64,000 nucleotides of DNA from Paramoeba atlantica. Its lineage: Eukaryota; Protista; Discosea. Both the position numbers and the translations under genes were made by a program. Shown here piece by piece: positions 52,618-64,000 of this stretch (its first letter is position 1; the number at the start of each line of letters is the position of its first letter). The stretch covers positions 283,041 to 347,040 of the forward strand of contig CDRNVI010000148.1 of the NCBI GenBank assembly GCA_977017575.1. Direction: 5' to 3'. Under the pieces are notes generated by a model that saw only the letters and a list, made by a program, of their open reading frames with translations, searched no databases and was not told the origin of the DNA.

Positions 52618-55450
52618 CTAAAATTCGGATTCCTTTTCTTCTTCTCTGAGTTTAATAACTCCTAGTTCAACCAATTTGAGGAGAGCAGACGTCGCTGTCT
52701 GAAGAAAGGTGAGTTCTTTTCAAAGAAAAAGAAAAGAAGAAATTTTGAAAACCTCTTGAAGAGCATCTTTCTTGGATTCAGAAGACCCAAAGACCCAAAT
52801 ATCCTGATCTGGCTGAAAAAAAAATTGACATAATTTACCAAATTACAAAAAAAAAAGAATTTTTTACGTTTGAGTTCTCTCGAATTGGGAGAGAAGTTGC
52901 AGCAGTATAAACGCAAGAGTGAGGAGGTCCATTAGACTAAAAATCAAAATTAAAGAAAGAAGAAAGCTCAAGCAATTTTTAAAAAAATTCAACCACAAAA
53001 TAGTAAGTTGGCAAGTAATCAAAGTGGGTGGTGCAATAAGTCCGATAAATTTCCTTTGGAAGGCAAATGATCTTTTCATCCAACCGAAAAGTGTTCTGAA
53101 ATAAAGAGGGAAAAAGAATTTTTCAAAAGTCAAAATCATATCGAAATTGAAATTGGCACAGAAAGAGAAAAATACATAAATTTTCTTCAGAATTTCTTGT
53201 CCCTGTGATTTTTCTGAAGGATGTGGCAAGATTGGCTTTCGAAGGACTAAAGACCTATCAAAAAGACTTAGATAATCGAACCTTCGAAGCAAAAAAATTA
53301 CCCAAATTAAAACCTTCGAAATCGATCTCCCAAACCGAATATATTTTTCTCACAGGAAACATTCCAAACATGTAGATGTGCCCTCTTAAGACAAAAAAGT
53401 TGTTAAAAATCAAAACAAACAATCTTTCCTCCCTAAATAAGCTCAACCTGATGGGCTTCTGTTTTCGTTACACCAGTCCCATAAGCAACCAGGGTTTTCT
53501 GATTTCGAAGTGAAACTCGCATCTAAAAAAAAAAATCTCAATAAAAACTTCAGTTGTTTCGGCTTCTTCTCAAAAAATACCTCACAAGTAAAAGTCTTTG
53601 GGGATTGAGAAATTTCTTGATGATAGTTCACTTGGATATCATCCACTCCATTCTCAGAAAAGATATTTTGAACCATTTTTTTTATATGTTGAAGGACTTG
53701 ATCTGGAATAGAAGGAAGAGCCTGAATTTTATCCCTCTAAAAAGTCACGCCAGTGAGTCAAAAAATAATAGAAGAGAAGAAAATGAGAAAAAACTTTTTG
53801 GGGAGACATTTCAGGAGAAGGGTCTCGCTTCCTACAGAATTTATTCTGAGAAAAGAAAGAAAAAACAACAATGTAATGAAAAACCTTTTCTGTCCAGAAT
53901 TTTGAGGCTCATCATTTGTTGATTCAACCCTGTGGAACCCAAAGATTAAAAAAGAATTCGATAAAAAAATGAAAAAAATGGAATGGTGAAACTCATTTTT
54001 GTTTTTCTCGAGAAATTTGTTTTTCTGAATTAAGAATTCAAAATCCACAAATTCTGGAGGAGGTTCAAGCTTTCCCAGAGATCTATCCCAAAGCACTGCT
54101 AAAATAGTTCTTGCTGCTTCAATTTCTGCCTGCTCTCAGCCGAATAAGATTCAAAATTTCGAAAATTATTTTCAATGAGATAAAAAGGAACCGCTTTTCT
54201 TGATCTTGCAACCCCATATCCTATTTCTGGTTCACAATTCGGATAATTTGGTAACACGACCTGCCAAACATTGAGAAAGAAGATCTCCAAATTAATTTGG
54301 GAAGGTTAAATTGGAACCTGGGAAAGATAGTTTCGAGGGTGTTCATCGGTGTAAGTGGTCCGGTATAGAGGTGGATTTTTAAAATATCTCTGAAAGCACA
54401 AAAGTGAGAAGAAGAAAAAAAAAAGGGGGAAATCTCAGAGTACAAAAGAATACAAACCAAACACCACCCATTCAAAACAGACTTATTTTTAGGATCAAAG
54501 CTATCTCCTTTTGAGCTTTTTTTCGCTTTGGAATTCTGATCCTTTGGTCCAATTCCTTGAAACTAAGAAAATTTAAATTAATGCAAACAGATGGAGAGAA
54601 GGGCGAAAAGGAAGAAGAACTTTGAGAATCTCCAAGGCTTTTGCGCATGCAATCTTTTCTGCTTTTTTTTTCGAAAGTGAAGTCCCCTACAACAAAAATC
54701 AATTAACTCTTGAATTAATTGGTTTCTTTGAGAACATAATAATACCTTGACCATAAATTGTTCTGAGTGTTGAATTGGGGGAACAACGAGCTATTTCAGT
54801 TCTCATTATCAAATTAAGCCACCTCATTCAGAAAAGAAATTTACCTGAACTAAAAAAATATTCGAATCTCCAATGAGCTTTGAATCCACTTTCACATTCT
54901 GCAAATTGGTATTTGAGAGCTCGAATTTGAATTAAAAATAGAAAAAAACACAAACTCCCCCAGATCGAAAGACTAAATCGTACAAAATTCCTTGCGCCTC
55001 GGCCAGTCTCCGTGGCCCAAAAAATTCCTTTGAAAAGAAAATCTCTCAGAAAAAAATATCTTTGAACTGAACCATCACAACCACAAATGTCACCTGCGAG
55101 TCCTTGAGATCGATATCCCAATGATCCGTCATGCGTCAAGTCGACCAAAAAACAAGAACTCGAAAACAACAAACGGTTCGAAAGGAAGAAAAAAAAAATG
55201 TCAAAAAAGTCTCCAAGAATAAGAGTAGCACAGCCCAACTCCAAAATATTCGTCGATAATCTCCCACCTGCTTCATTTCTTTTCGTTCTCTCATCCTACC
55301 TTCTTGGAATAACGAAAACAACATATCTTGCAAATGTGTTGACATCAAAATCGTCTCCAGGTTGGAGTCTGGGAGTTTTGGCCCTCTTTTTAGTTGCGAC
55401 CTACACGTCAATCTCACATCCATTGCTCACCCCACTTGGTTCTGGTTAAC
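52618..55450 (-). CDS. Protein with four double-stranded RNA-binding domains, in many short exons (5' end uncertain)
   Basis: Spliced motifs: ..KKAEKIACAKALEILK; PKNKSVLNGWCL|RYFKNPPLY..|VVL..GYGVARSRKA|AEIEAARTILAVL; VNYHQE..FTCE|MRV..GTGVTKTEAHQ|RA; NGPPHSCVY..|..GSSESKKDALQE|TATSALLKLVELGVI. Stop TAG at 52618. Confidence 0.75.
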
Positions 55451-55705
55451 AAATTTTCTTGTTGTTTTCTTCAGTGTTTATTTGGGGACTTTTTTGAGCC
55501 AACCAAAGCTCAAAGTCAATTAGGAGAGAGAACAAGTGATCGATTCATTATCTCTAACCAAAAGAGAAGATTCGCCATAAAACCCTTTCAAACCCCAAAG
55601 CGAACCTTTTTGTTTTCGTTCACTCTCTCTCTCAACCCCATTTTTGGGAAGAGGTAGTTTCCTCTTTGACAGAGATACCACAAGAGATACCAAAAGAGAC
55701 TTTTC

Positions 55706-57599
55706 TTATTCGCTGCTGTGTTTGTGACAAAGTTCTTTCAGCCGAGCATCCGAAAAATTCGGGAGCTTTGTGCCCAGAGTTTGTTCAATCAGTTTCATTC
55801 GTTTTTTATCTTCCGAATTAAGCTGCAGTCAAAAAATTTTAGATTCAAAAAGAACTCTCTTGTTGTTTTGAAAAAATGTTAAGAAAAAAATAAAAAACAA
55901 ACGCGTGACATAAACGAGATTGCAACACCACTCGTACCAGCTCGAGCTGTCCTTCCAATTCGATGGACATGAGACTCTGGATCCTGGCTTAATTCATAAG
56001 CGATAACATGGCTAATATTTTTGATATCTAACCCACGAGCAGCAACATCGGTAGCCACTAATGTTCTCACTTTCCCTCTCTTGAAGTCATTTAACCCATA
56101 TTGACGAGCATTAAAGCTGAGATCGCCATGAAGAGGTTGGACCTGAAACCCTGCAAGATCTAATAATTCTGTGGTTGTATTCACCGATCTTTTCATGTTA
56201 CAAAATATGAGAACCCGTGGATCTGTATTGAAAAAAAAAAATTAGGAAAAAAAACAATTCACCCCAATAAAAAAAAAAAAAAGAGCTCTTTCTTACCTTG
56301 ATGTTGCGAAAAGATAACTTTCAAAATTTCAACTAACTTAGTAAACTTATCAGCCATCCTACATGACAATGCCATTTGTTCGATATTATTGACTGTAACC
56401 TCATTTCCAGTCACATCAATTTCAACTGGATTATTCAAAATTCCTTTTGCGAGTGCCTTCACTCCTTTTGGGATTGTTGCAGAAAATAACATTGTCTGTC
56501 GATCTGTTGGAGTTGCATCAAGAATGAAATCAAGTTGATCCTTGAAACCCATCTCAAGCATTCGATCCGTTTCGTCAACGACTAAATGAGACACTTGATC
56601 TAAAGATACAGCTCCGGTATTCACAAAGTCTGCAAGACGACCAGGGGTGGCGACCAATACTGAACTAGAACGGATAGTTGGAAGTTGTCGGCGAGCGTCC
56701 TGTCCTCCAACTGCACAGCCACACCGTTCGTCGAAGAGTTTGAATACTTGTTGGATTTGAACTGCAAGCTCTCTTGTTGGACAGAGACACAAAGCCCGGA
56801 TTGGAGTTCTTGGACGAAACCTTGAAGAAAATTTTGATTTTCTTTCACTATCTTCCTGTGCCTTTTGTTCATGCAGAAGTTGAAGTGTAGGAAGGACAAA
56901 TGCAACAGTTTTTCCTGATCTATTATTTTGCCAAAATAATATTTTAGGTGAAGGGGGAAAAAGAGAGAATTTAGAGGGAGGAAGAAGAAGAACCCTGTAT
57001 GAGCTTGACCAATTACATCATCCCCACGAAGGAGAGCAGGGATACACTCAGCTTGAATTGGAGTCGGAGTTGTAAACCCCTTCCTTTCGAGAATTTTGAG
57101 GTATCTTTCAAGCAAGAATTAACAACGGTTTTTTAAAAAAAGTCAGTGAAAAATTGAAAAGAAGATGAAACCTTGAAGAAACACCTAAATCGCCAAATGC
57201 TTTGGATGATTTTGGAGAAGATTCACTTGGAAGAGAAACGAAATCTGTTGGGTCGAAATCGAAATTTTTTTGTGGTGTGTTATCAAATCTTTCCCGAATA
57301 AACTTTTCCAATTCTGATTCACTTTCCCTTGAATATTTTCTCTTATCATTTCGCCCAAATTTAAGTTCTTTTGGTTTTTCATGATGTTCTTTTCGATTGG
57401 ATCGCCAAGGTCTCCTCTGTTCCCGAAAATCCTTCGAATGACCATCTGGTCTATACTCGACATCTCGTCGAGAGAGAACTGAAGAGCTTGCAAAAAATCG
57501 GCTTTGAAGAGGAGTTGGTGGAGTAAAACCCAAAGGGGATGCTCTAATCAAGAAAGGGTTGACATGAGACCGAAGGGAAAGGAACGAACGAACGGACAT
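55706..57599 (-). CDS. DEAD-box RNA helicase (motif II reads DETD) with a probable mitochondrial targeting peptide
   Basis: Q motif FTTPTPIQ; AHTG|SGKT; CPTRELA; ATPGRL; DETD; SAT; HGD; ATDVAARGLDI; HRIGRTARAG. The N-terminus MSVRSFLSLRSHVNPF is R/S/L/F-rich. Confidence 0.93.
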
Positions 57600-57843
57600 C
57601 GAGCTCAAACGGCTCAACAACAAGAACACGTCAAAAAGAAAAGAAGAACGCAGAATTTTTCGAAGAAAGGAAATCAGCAACCCAGTAACTCAGGAGCTCA
57701 GTTTTGCTTTTCCGTGCGAAAACTGGGCTCTTCTGTACCGAGCTCCTTATTTTTTTGCGTTTGTTTGTTTTTCTCTCTGTCTGGTTCGGTATTTTGCATT
57801 TCACCTCGGTTCTGTCTTGAGACACACAAAAAGGACTGAAAAC

Positions 57844-60800
57844 ATGCAGTCAAATTCCGTCACAATGCTAGATTGGAGTCCTCGAGGCGACAAAAAGGGG
57901 GAGGATCAAAAACCTCCGCAAACTACAAGAACTCTCTCCACCAGCCAAACGGACTGGACAAAACCAAGTGCGCCAGCAACGGGTCGAAAACGGTCTTCAT
58001 TAAGTTTAGAAGGTGAACCATTATCTCACAGAACTCGAAATTATATGTTTTGTGTTCGAAGTGCCGCCACTTATCTTGTTAGGTTTGTTTTTTTTTCTCT
58101 CTTACCCATTTATTCAAAAGAAGATGACTAAGAACAAATAGATTTGGACTCTCACGAGCTTTACTTCTTGAAAAAGATGATGGTGTCCTCTTCGAACTCC
58201 TGGCTCCTTTAATAGCATCTGATGACGAAACTCAAGTGGGACTCTCTTCGATGACAGATGTCTTTGATTTTCTCGGTTCCCCTCTCTTTTTCTTCTTTTC
58301 TTTCTTTCTTTTTTGAAGACTTATTTCTCCATAGATAGCCTCACACCAACTCCTTTCGGTTTTTCAGCACTTGTCACGTCGCGTCTTCAGGTTGAACCTC
58401 AAAAACAAAATTGAAAACTTTTCTGTCCAATCACTGACTCTCCTCTTTTTTTGTCCAAAATAGCAAGCTACCTCCAGCCTTACTTTGAGACTTGACAAAG
58501 CTTTTCTTCGGGTTTACTATTTCACTTGAAAAAAAAAAAAGACAAATTGAATCACAAAATACTATTCTTTATTTCTAAAGAACGTTCTTGTTTTCAGGGT
58601 TTGGGGGGAGTCTCTGTTGCCGGTTCAACTCCTCCACCTGTTGGTTTCTCCCGTGAAGATTGGGTCTTAACAAATGGATTGTTTCTGATTAATTTTATTG
58701 GTAAAATATATCGAGGTAACTTCATTTCTTTTTGAACATATTTTTTTTTGAAATTGTCTGAATTCAAGTGTTCCTAGTTGTGGAATTAAATTGTACCATA
58801 AAAAACTGCCCTGAAATGGACGTATCTGATGATATTTTTTATAAATGGAAGGATGAATCATTTGGGACACATGTGAGTTTTTGTTATCTCCAGCTATGAA
58901 ATTTTCTTTTTGTTTTCTTCTTTCTTATATTTTTTTTCTAGGAAGGGCTTATTGTGTCAGCATCAGAATATATTCGAAATTTATTTCGATGGTTTGAAGG
59001 AAAGCTTGCTCGCCCAATTATTTCAAAGGGATTATTACAAAATAAGGTTATTCCCTCTTTTATTCTCATTCCTCTTTCTCCCTCTTTCTCCCCTCTCAAC
59101 TGTTTTCTGGTAGTCAAATTATGTGGACTATCACAATGCTTCTGAAGGATTATCCTGCTCGATTTTCAAGAAGTTACTCCGAATTCTTGCACACATACAG
59201 TTCAAACATCTTTCTGAAGAGAAACTTAGGACAACTATTCCACCAGGCAGGTAAGAATTCTCTATTTTTATCGAATTTCATTTTCTGAACCTCTCAGAAA
59301 ATTTTTACAGGACTTATCAATCTGACGATCTCAAACGAAATCCAAGCATGGCTATTCGAGGGAACCCACTTAAAGATGTTTGTTTTCGTTTACAAGGATG
59401 TCTCTTTTAATTAACTAATTGTTATGAGTTACAGTTTGAAAAGAAAGAAAGTTTTGACGATGCTCTGAGGAACGTCCAAAAAGAGCCAAAAACGAGTCGA
59501 AAGAAAACTCGATCTGGGAATATTCCTCTCCCTCTCTTTGAACTCACTGAATATCTCAGCTCAGAGGTCCTTTTTTATTACTTATTATTTTGAGCTCATT
59601 TTGAGTTTAGCTCTTGATTTCAGGAAATGAAATTATCGTTGAAGATCGACGTCCGAAAATATCAAAGACAAGCAAATCGATTGTTAAAACAATATCAAAA
59701 AAATGAGTTCCCTGATTTGGTTGGCGTTAAACCTGGTTCTTCCATTTTCATTGTTTTACTTTCCTTCAACTTTTCGTTCTAAAATCTACATTTTTTTTGT
59801 AGCTGTAATTCTGTCAGCAATCGCGCTCTTTTTATCTCAAATGAACGATCCTCTAATTCCTTCAGAATATCACGAGGTTTACTTCTTCTTGTTCCTTCGA
59901 CAAATCTCTTAAAAGCTTCTTTTTTTTCCTTGCTTTTTTTTTTCCTTTTGCTTAAACAGTAGAATAGTGCCTGTCAGTGACGTTAACACTCGCCACAAGA
60001 GATATTCGTATGACATGTTTGAAACGAACAATCGGTTTAATCGAGGGAAAGAGTAAAGAAATTTTAATCTTTACATTTAACTTCTTCCACTTCCTTTCCA
60101 AGGTTTGATTCTCCTTTTCCTCTCTCATGTATTTTTAAACAATAATCAAATCTTTGGTTCGCAGATTCTTGATATATATGATATTTCGACCTTTTTCGGA
60201 CCTCGAATTCTTCGTCCAGCCGAAAAAAACCCTTTTCTTGCCCCAAAGGTTAAGACTTTTCATTTTCAAAATTATTAGTCTAAAAAACAAATAAATTGAT
60301 TTTCTTTATTCAAAGGGATACGAAGGCCCAAAATTGACAGAGACTCTTGCAACAGCCCTTGTGTCATTAATCCTATCTGACTTCCATTTTTTCTTTCCCC
60401 CTCCTGTTGTCAAAGGTTCTTTATTTATTTTTTCAATGTCTCTCTCCTTGTTTAAGTAACCCCTTTTTTTCTTCCTCCCTCCAGTTCTGACCCAAAAGTC
60501 AAAAAACCTTGCACAAGCAAGACTGCCATCATATGGTGCTGTAAATTACAAACGGGAAAAAGGATCTCGAGATTTGTTGAATCTTGATTCTGACGAAGAC
60601 GTTTCTCGTGTAAGACCAAAATTAGATCGAACACCCAAAGTTTCTGCAATGAGAACTGAAAGTGCTCCTTTGTCGTCTCAGGTTTGGAGGAATTAGTGAA
60701 GCCTTTTTTTTATTTTTTCTTTCTAATGTAGAATTTTTTCAGGCGGAGACAAAACCGAAACTTACCCGATCTTCTCTTCGGTTTTCTTTCTTTTTATTTG

Positions 60801-61921
60801 TCATATTCTTTTCCTCTCTTTCCTAATTCCTTTTGTACTCAGATCTGAAGCCAATAGAAAGTTTGAAAGTTCAGAGAGGATAGATACGAGTAGTGCAAAA
60901 TCAGGCGGGCGTAAATCAGATCTAACTGAAGACGATCTCATTTCAGAAGAAGAAGATGCATTTGGAACTTTTGTTGTGAAAAAGAGCGAAAAGAAAAAGG
61001 CTCCTCCCCCTGAAGAAAATTTCGGTACATTCGTTATCAACGAAAAACCAACACAAAAAGCCACACAAAAATTGAAAGACCGAGGAGAGAGAACAAGTGG
61101 TTCTGAGAATAGTGGAGATGAACAATTTGGTACTTTTGTGATACATGAAAAGTCCAAAGCAAAAAATAGCGGAGGAGAAAGTCCTTCAAACCCATTTGGA
61201 ACCTTTGTTATCAAATCTGAGGAGAGCGAGGAGGAAGAGAGAAAAGGTGAAGAAGCTTTTGGAACTTTTGTAGTTGATGATTCGGATGCAGCAAGGAGTG
61301 TCGCCGATGAAGTGGTCAGTAGTCTCATCGAGTCAGTCGATCCCAATAGGTTCTTTTTCTAAAACCCACACTTTTCACTTTTTTATTATCTTACCCTTTT
61401 TCTTTATCTTTCCCTCCTTTCTTTTTCATTTTTGGATCGATCCTCACTTTTTTTTTTGGACACACAGCTCATCATCAGAGTTAAAAGTAGGCTACAGAGA
61501 ACCTGACAAATGGGAGAAAAATTTAGTGAGTTTAACAAAAGGAGAATGGGGAGAAGAAATGGAAGATGCTGCCTTTCACAGATATAAAAAATCTCGTCGA
61601 GGAATTGGAGGTTCTTCTTTTTTCTTGTATTTTCTTGTTTTGTGGAATTAAGTTGATGGCCAAAAATAGATATGAAGTGGTCAACAAAAGAGAACTCCAA
61701 AAAAAAGAAGAATGTGGAACACTTACAGCGACAACTTGGAGTTGGAGAGGTTTCTTTGTGTTTTTTCTACTCCTCTCTTTTAAACCAATTTAATTTGATT
61801 ATGATATGTGAAGGTCAATGCAATGTGCTCATTTGCTGCGTCGTTTAAACGAGCAAGTATGTTGGTCGATTTCGAACAATTATCCCATGATTTATCCTCA
61901 CTGAATGAAGAAGATATCTGA
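57844..61921 (+). CDS. Multi-exon protein: Mob1/phocein domain + degenerate RhoGAP-fold domain + low-complexity tail with five FGTFV repeats
   Basis: Mob: EDWVLTN..NCTIKNCPEM..YKWKD..SASEYIRNLFRW..IFKKLLRILAHIQFKH. RhoGAP fold: IPLPLFELTEYL; IALFLSQMNDPLIP; KRTIGLIEGKSKEILIFTFNFFHFL; ISTFFGPRILRP; LVSLILSDFHFFF. Splice phases traced continuously from 58598 to 61330; last exons less certain. Confidence 0.72.
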
Positions 61922-62349
61922 TCACAAACCTATTTTCCTTTGCGACTTCCATCCAACAATCATGTACATCTTTATTTGAACCAATCGACCAATAACTCAA
62001 TCTGAAGTCGGACTTTTTTCCTTGTTGTTTGTATATAAATTATTTTGATAGGACCAAAACCTTTTTTTTAGTCTTATTCTCCAAATTTCCATCTCCTCAG
62101 AGTGTTAAAATTAACCTCCACAAATTCCAACAAGACACTCAGACAGACACAGAGAGAATCCGGTGTCCCTCAGATTGATTTATCACCAATTTTCTTTGAG
62201 GGACACCAATGACCTTTCTCGGAAAGGTCCTCCTCCTTTTTTCATTCCGGCGGGACAGTTTTCTCGTGTGGCGGTTCGTTCGTTGTTCGTTCGTGGTTCG
62301 TTTGGTTCGTTCGAGTTCGTTTTCGTTTGTGTTTCGGTTTAAATTCGCC

Positions 62350-64000
62350 ATGGGTTTTTCTCTTGATGATCTTGCTTCTTACCAAACCCCACGTGTTGCC
62401 AAAATTAAGGTTTTGGTTTTGATACAGAGAAAGATTTCTTTTTTTTTTCTCATCCTTTTTTCTTTTTGGGTTTGCAGGATCGCCGTTTGGGCCTTCTCTG
62501 GTATGGTGGATGTTCTCTCGTAATCTTGTACATTGTTGGATATGCTTACTTGTTTGAGAAAGAATATCTTCTTCTTGAACCCCCTCTTGGTGCTGTTCGT
62601 ACTTCTGCAATGTCGCCTCGTGATGTGAATTCGTTTGCCTCTTTTTCATTTTTTTGAGTCCTGAGACTTTCTCTCAAGTTCTTCTTCTTTTTCTTTATCC
62701 TCAATTCTTTTGTTTAACAGATCATATGAAAACCCAACACCAGATCAACTCCCATACTGTCGCGTCCCAGGAAGAGATTCTTTTAATGGCTTCCCCACTT
62801 ACCCTTGTCTCTATTTCGACCAAGATTTAGCCGTTTTTCCCATAGGAGAAGACAGTGTTTGTCTTTTCTTTTTCCCATTATTAATCAATCTTCTTTTTTT
62901 TTTTTTTTTGATTTCATTTCCCTAATAATTTTTTTTTGATAGGCAATTTCTCTGTCAACTCGCCTCACGAATGACACTGTCGAGCTTGAAGGTTGTACGG
63001 CCTTTGATAGTAATTGTCCTTGGACCCCAGTTTGTTTCTCTTGTAACTTCTTGGTTTTATTGCCTTTCAATAGATTGACCTCTCTTAAACTTCAGGTGGA
63101 TGATGAAGCAGATAATTTCATTGCAAACGTTGAAAATTTCACGATCATGATTGAACACAGCTTTACTGCTACAGAAGTTGGTTATACGATGAAGTCTTCG
63201 ACTGATTTATCAGGTACCTATTGCCTTTATTCAAGAGAAAAATGAAATGAAGAAATTTACATTACCTTTTTTTAGGAAGAATTGTCAATCGGAAGGGGAA
63301 AAAAATGGAAACACCCAGTCCCAATCGTGTTGGAGAAAAAGGAGAGACGGATATTATGACTGTTTCTTTACTTTTGGAAGCTGCTGGAATCGATTCTCTT
63401 GATGATGAATCTCTTGCTACTGAAAATAGGAGGTTTTTCAATATTTTTTTTCGAATTCCATTTCCATCTCTTAAGCTTAATTGTTCTCTCCGTTTTCAGC
63501 ATTCGAGATGATGGAATTGTAATCTTGGTTTTTATTACGTACAGCAACACTTTCACCTACAATACGTATAAAACACGTTATGAAATAAGTGCCATCCCAC
63601 AACCAACCAAGTTTAAGGTTAAACTTGATTTTCAAGAACAAATTTCCTCCTTCTCCTCTCTCTGTTCCAGCTGAAGATTTTCATCATCTCTCCAATTTTC
63701 TTTCTGATTTTTTTTGATGGCAGGTGGAGCAACCAATTTACTTGAACGAAGACAGCATTCTTCGGTGGAATCGCCATGGGATCAAATTTATCTTCATTCA
63801 AGCAGGATTACTTGGTATTTAATTCATTATTTGTTTTTTTTAATTCTTTCAAAAGCTCCAGGCTGGTTATTAATTTATTTATTTTTCACTTTGGAACAGG
63901 TGCTTTTGATTTTTCTGTTTTTCTACTCACCTTTATATCTGGAATTGGGTTGGTCGCTGTTTGCTCCGTATTTGTTGATATGTTGGCGGTCTATCTTGTT
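62350..64000 (+). CDS. P2X-type ATP-gated cation channel (Dictyostelium P2X-like), runs off the window end
   Basis: SYQTPRVAKIK|DRRLGLL..TM1..EPPLGAVRTS; ENFTIMIEHS; SIRDDGIVILVFITYSN; RHGIKFIFIQAG; TM2 FLLTFISGIGLVAVCSVFVDMLA. Confidence 0.92.

Noticed and set aside
59703-59912. Apparent transmembrane segments in the Mob/RhoGAP gene
   Set aside because: The hydrophobic stretch falls in a GT-AG intron; the spliced reading gives the RhoGAP PLIP helix.

Overview
Eukaryotic, AT-rich, intron-dense genomic DNA with short GT-AG introns and polypyrimidine/poly-T tracts. The Dictyostelium-type P2X receptor and frizzled/smoothened-like (Fsl) GPCRs suggest a free-living protist, probably an amoebozoan (inference). 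All gene models come from manual splicing of the sequence, so ends are approximate. Conserved single-copy genes: S10 serine carboxypeptidase, RING-B-box protein, USP4/11/15-type deubiquitinase, probable mitochondrial DEAD-box helicase and P2X receptor. Two genes are barely visible in the ORF track: a four-dsRBD protein and a Mob1-domain/RhoGAP-fold fusion with five FGTFV repeats. About 16.5-47.6 kb is a dynamic region of duplicated receptor and secreted-protein genes. It holds four intact and two truncated Fsl GPCRs that are nearly identical except for hypervariable patches in the transmembrane helices, and a small partner gene family. It also holds an OpuAC-EGF-LDLa-7tm_3 class C receptor plus a transposase-like relic between ~410-bp direct repeats. 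A secreted-protein/ankyrin divergent pair is triplicated, and the ankyrin gene is built from 99-nt one-repeat exons. Near 3.5-5.4 kb, an intronless, frameshifted RPA70-like ORF set lies between 66-bp direct repeats and carries a ~200-bp fragment shared with the gene at 13.1-13.3 kb. No rRNA, complete tRNA or CRISPR array was seen.
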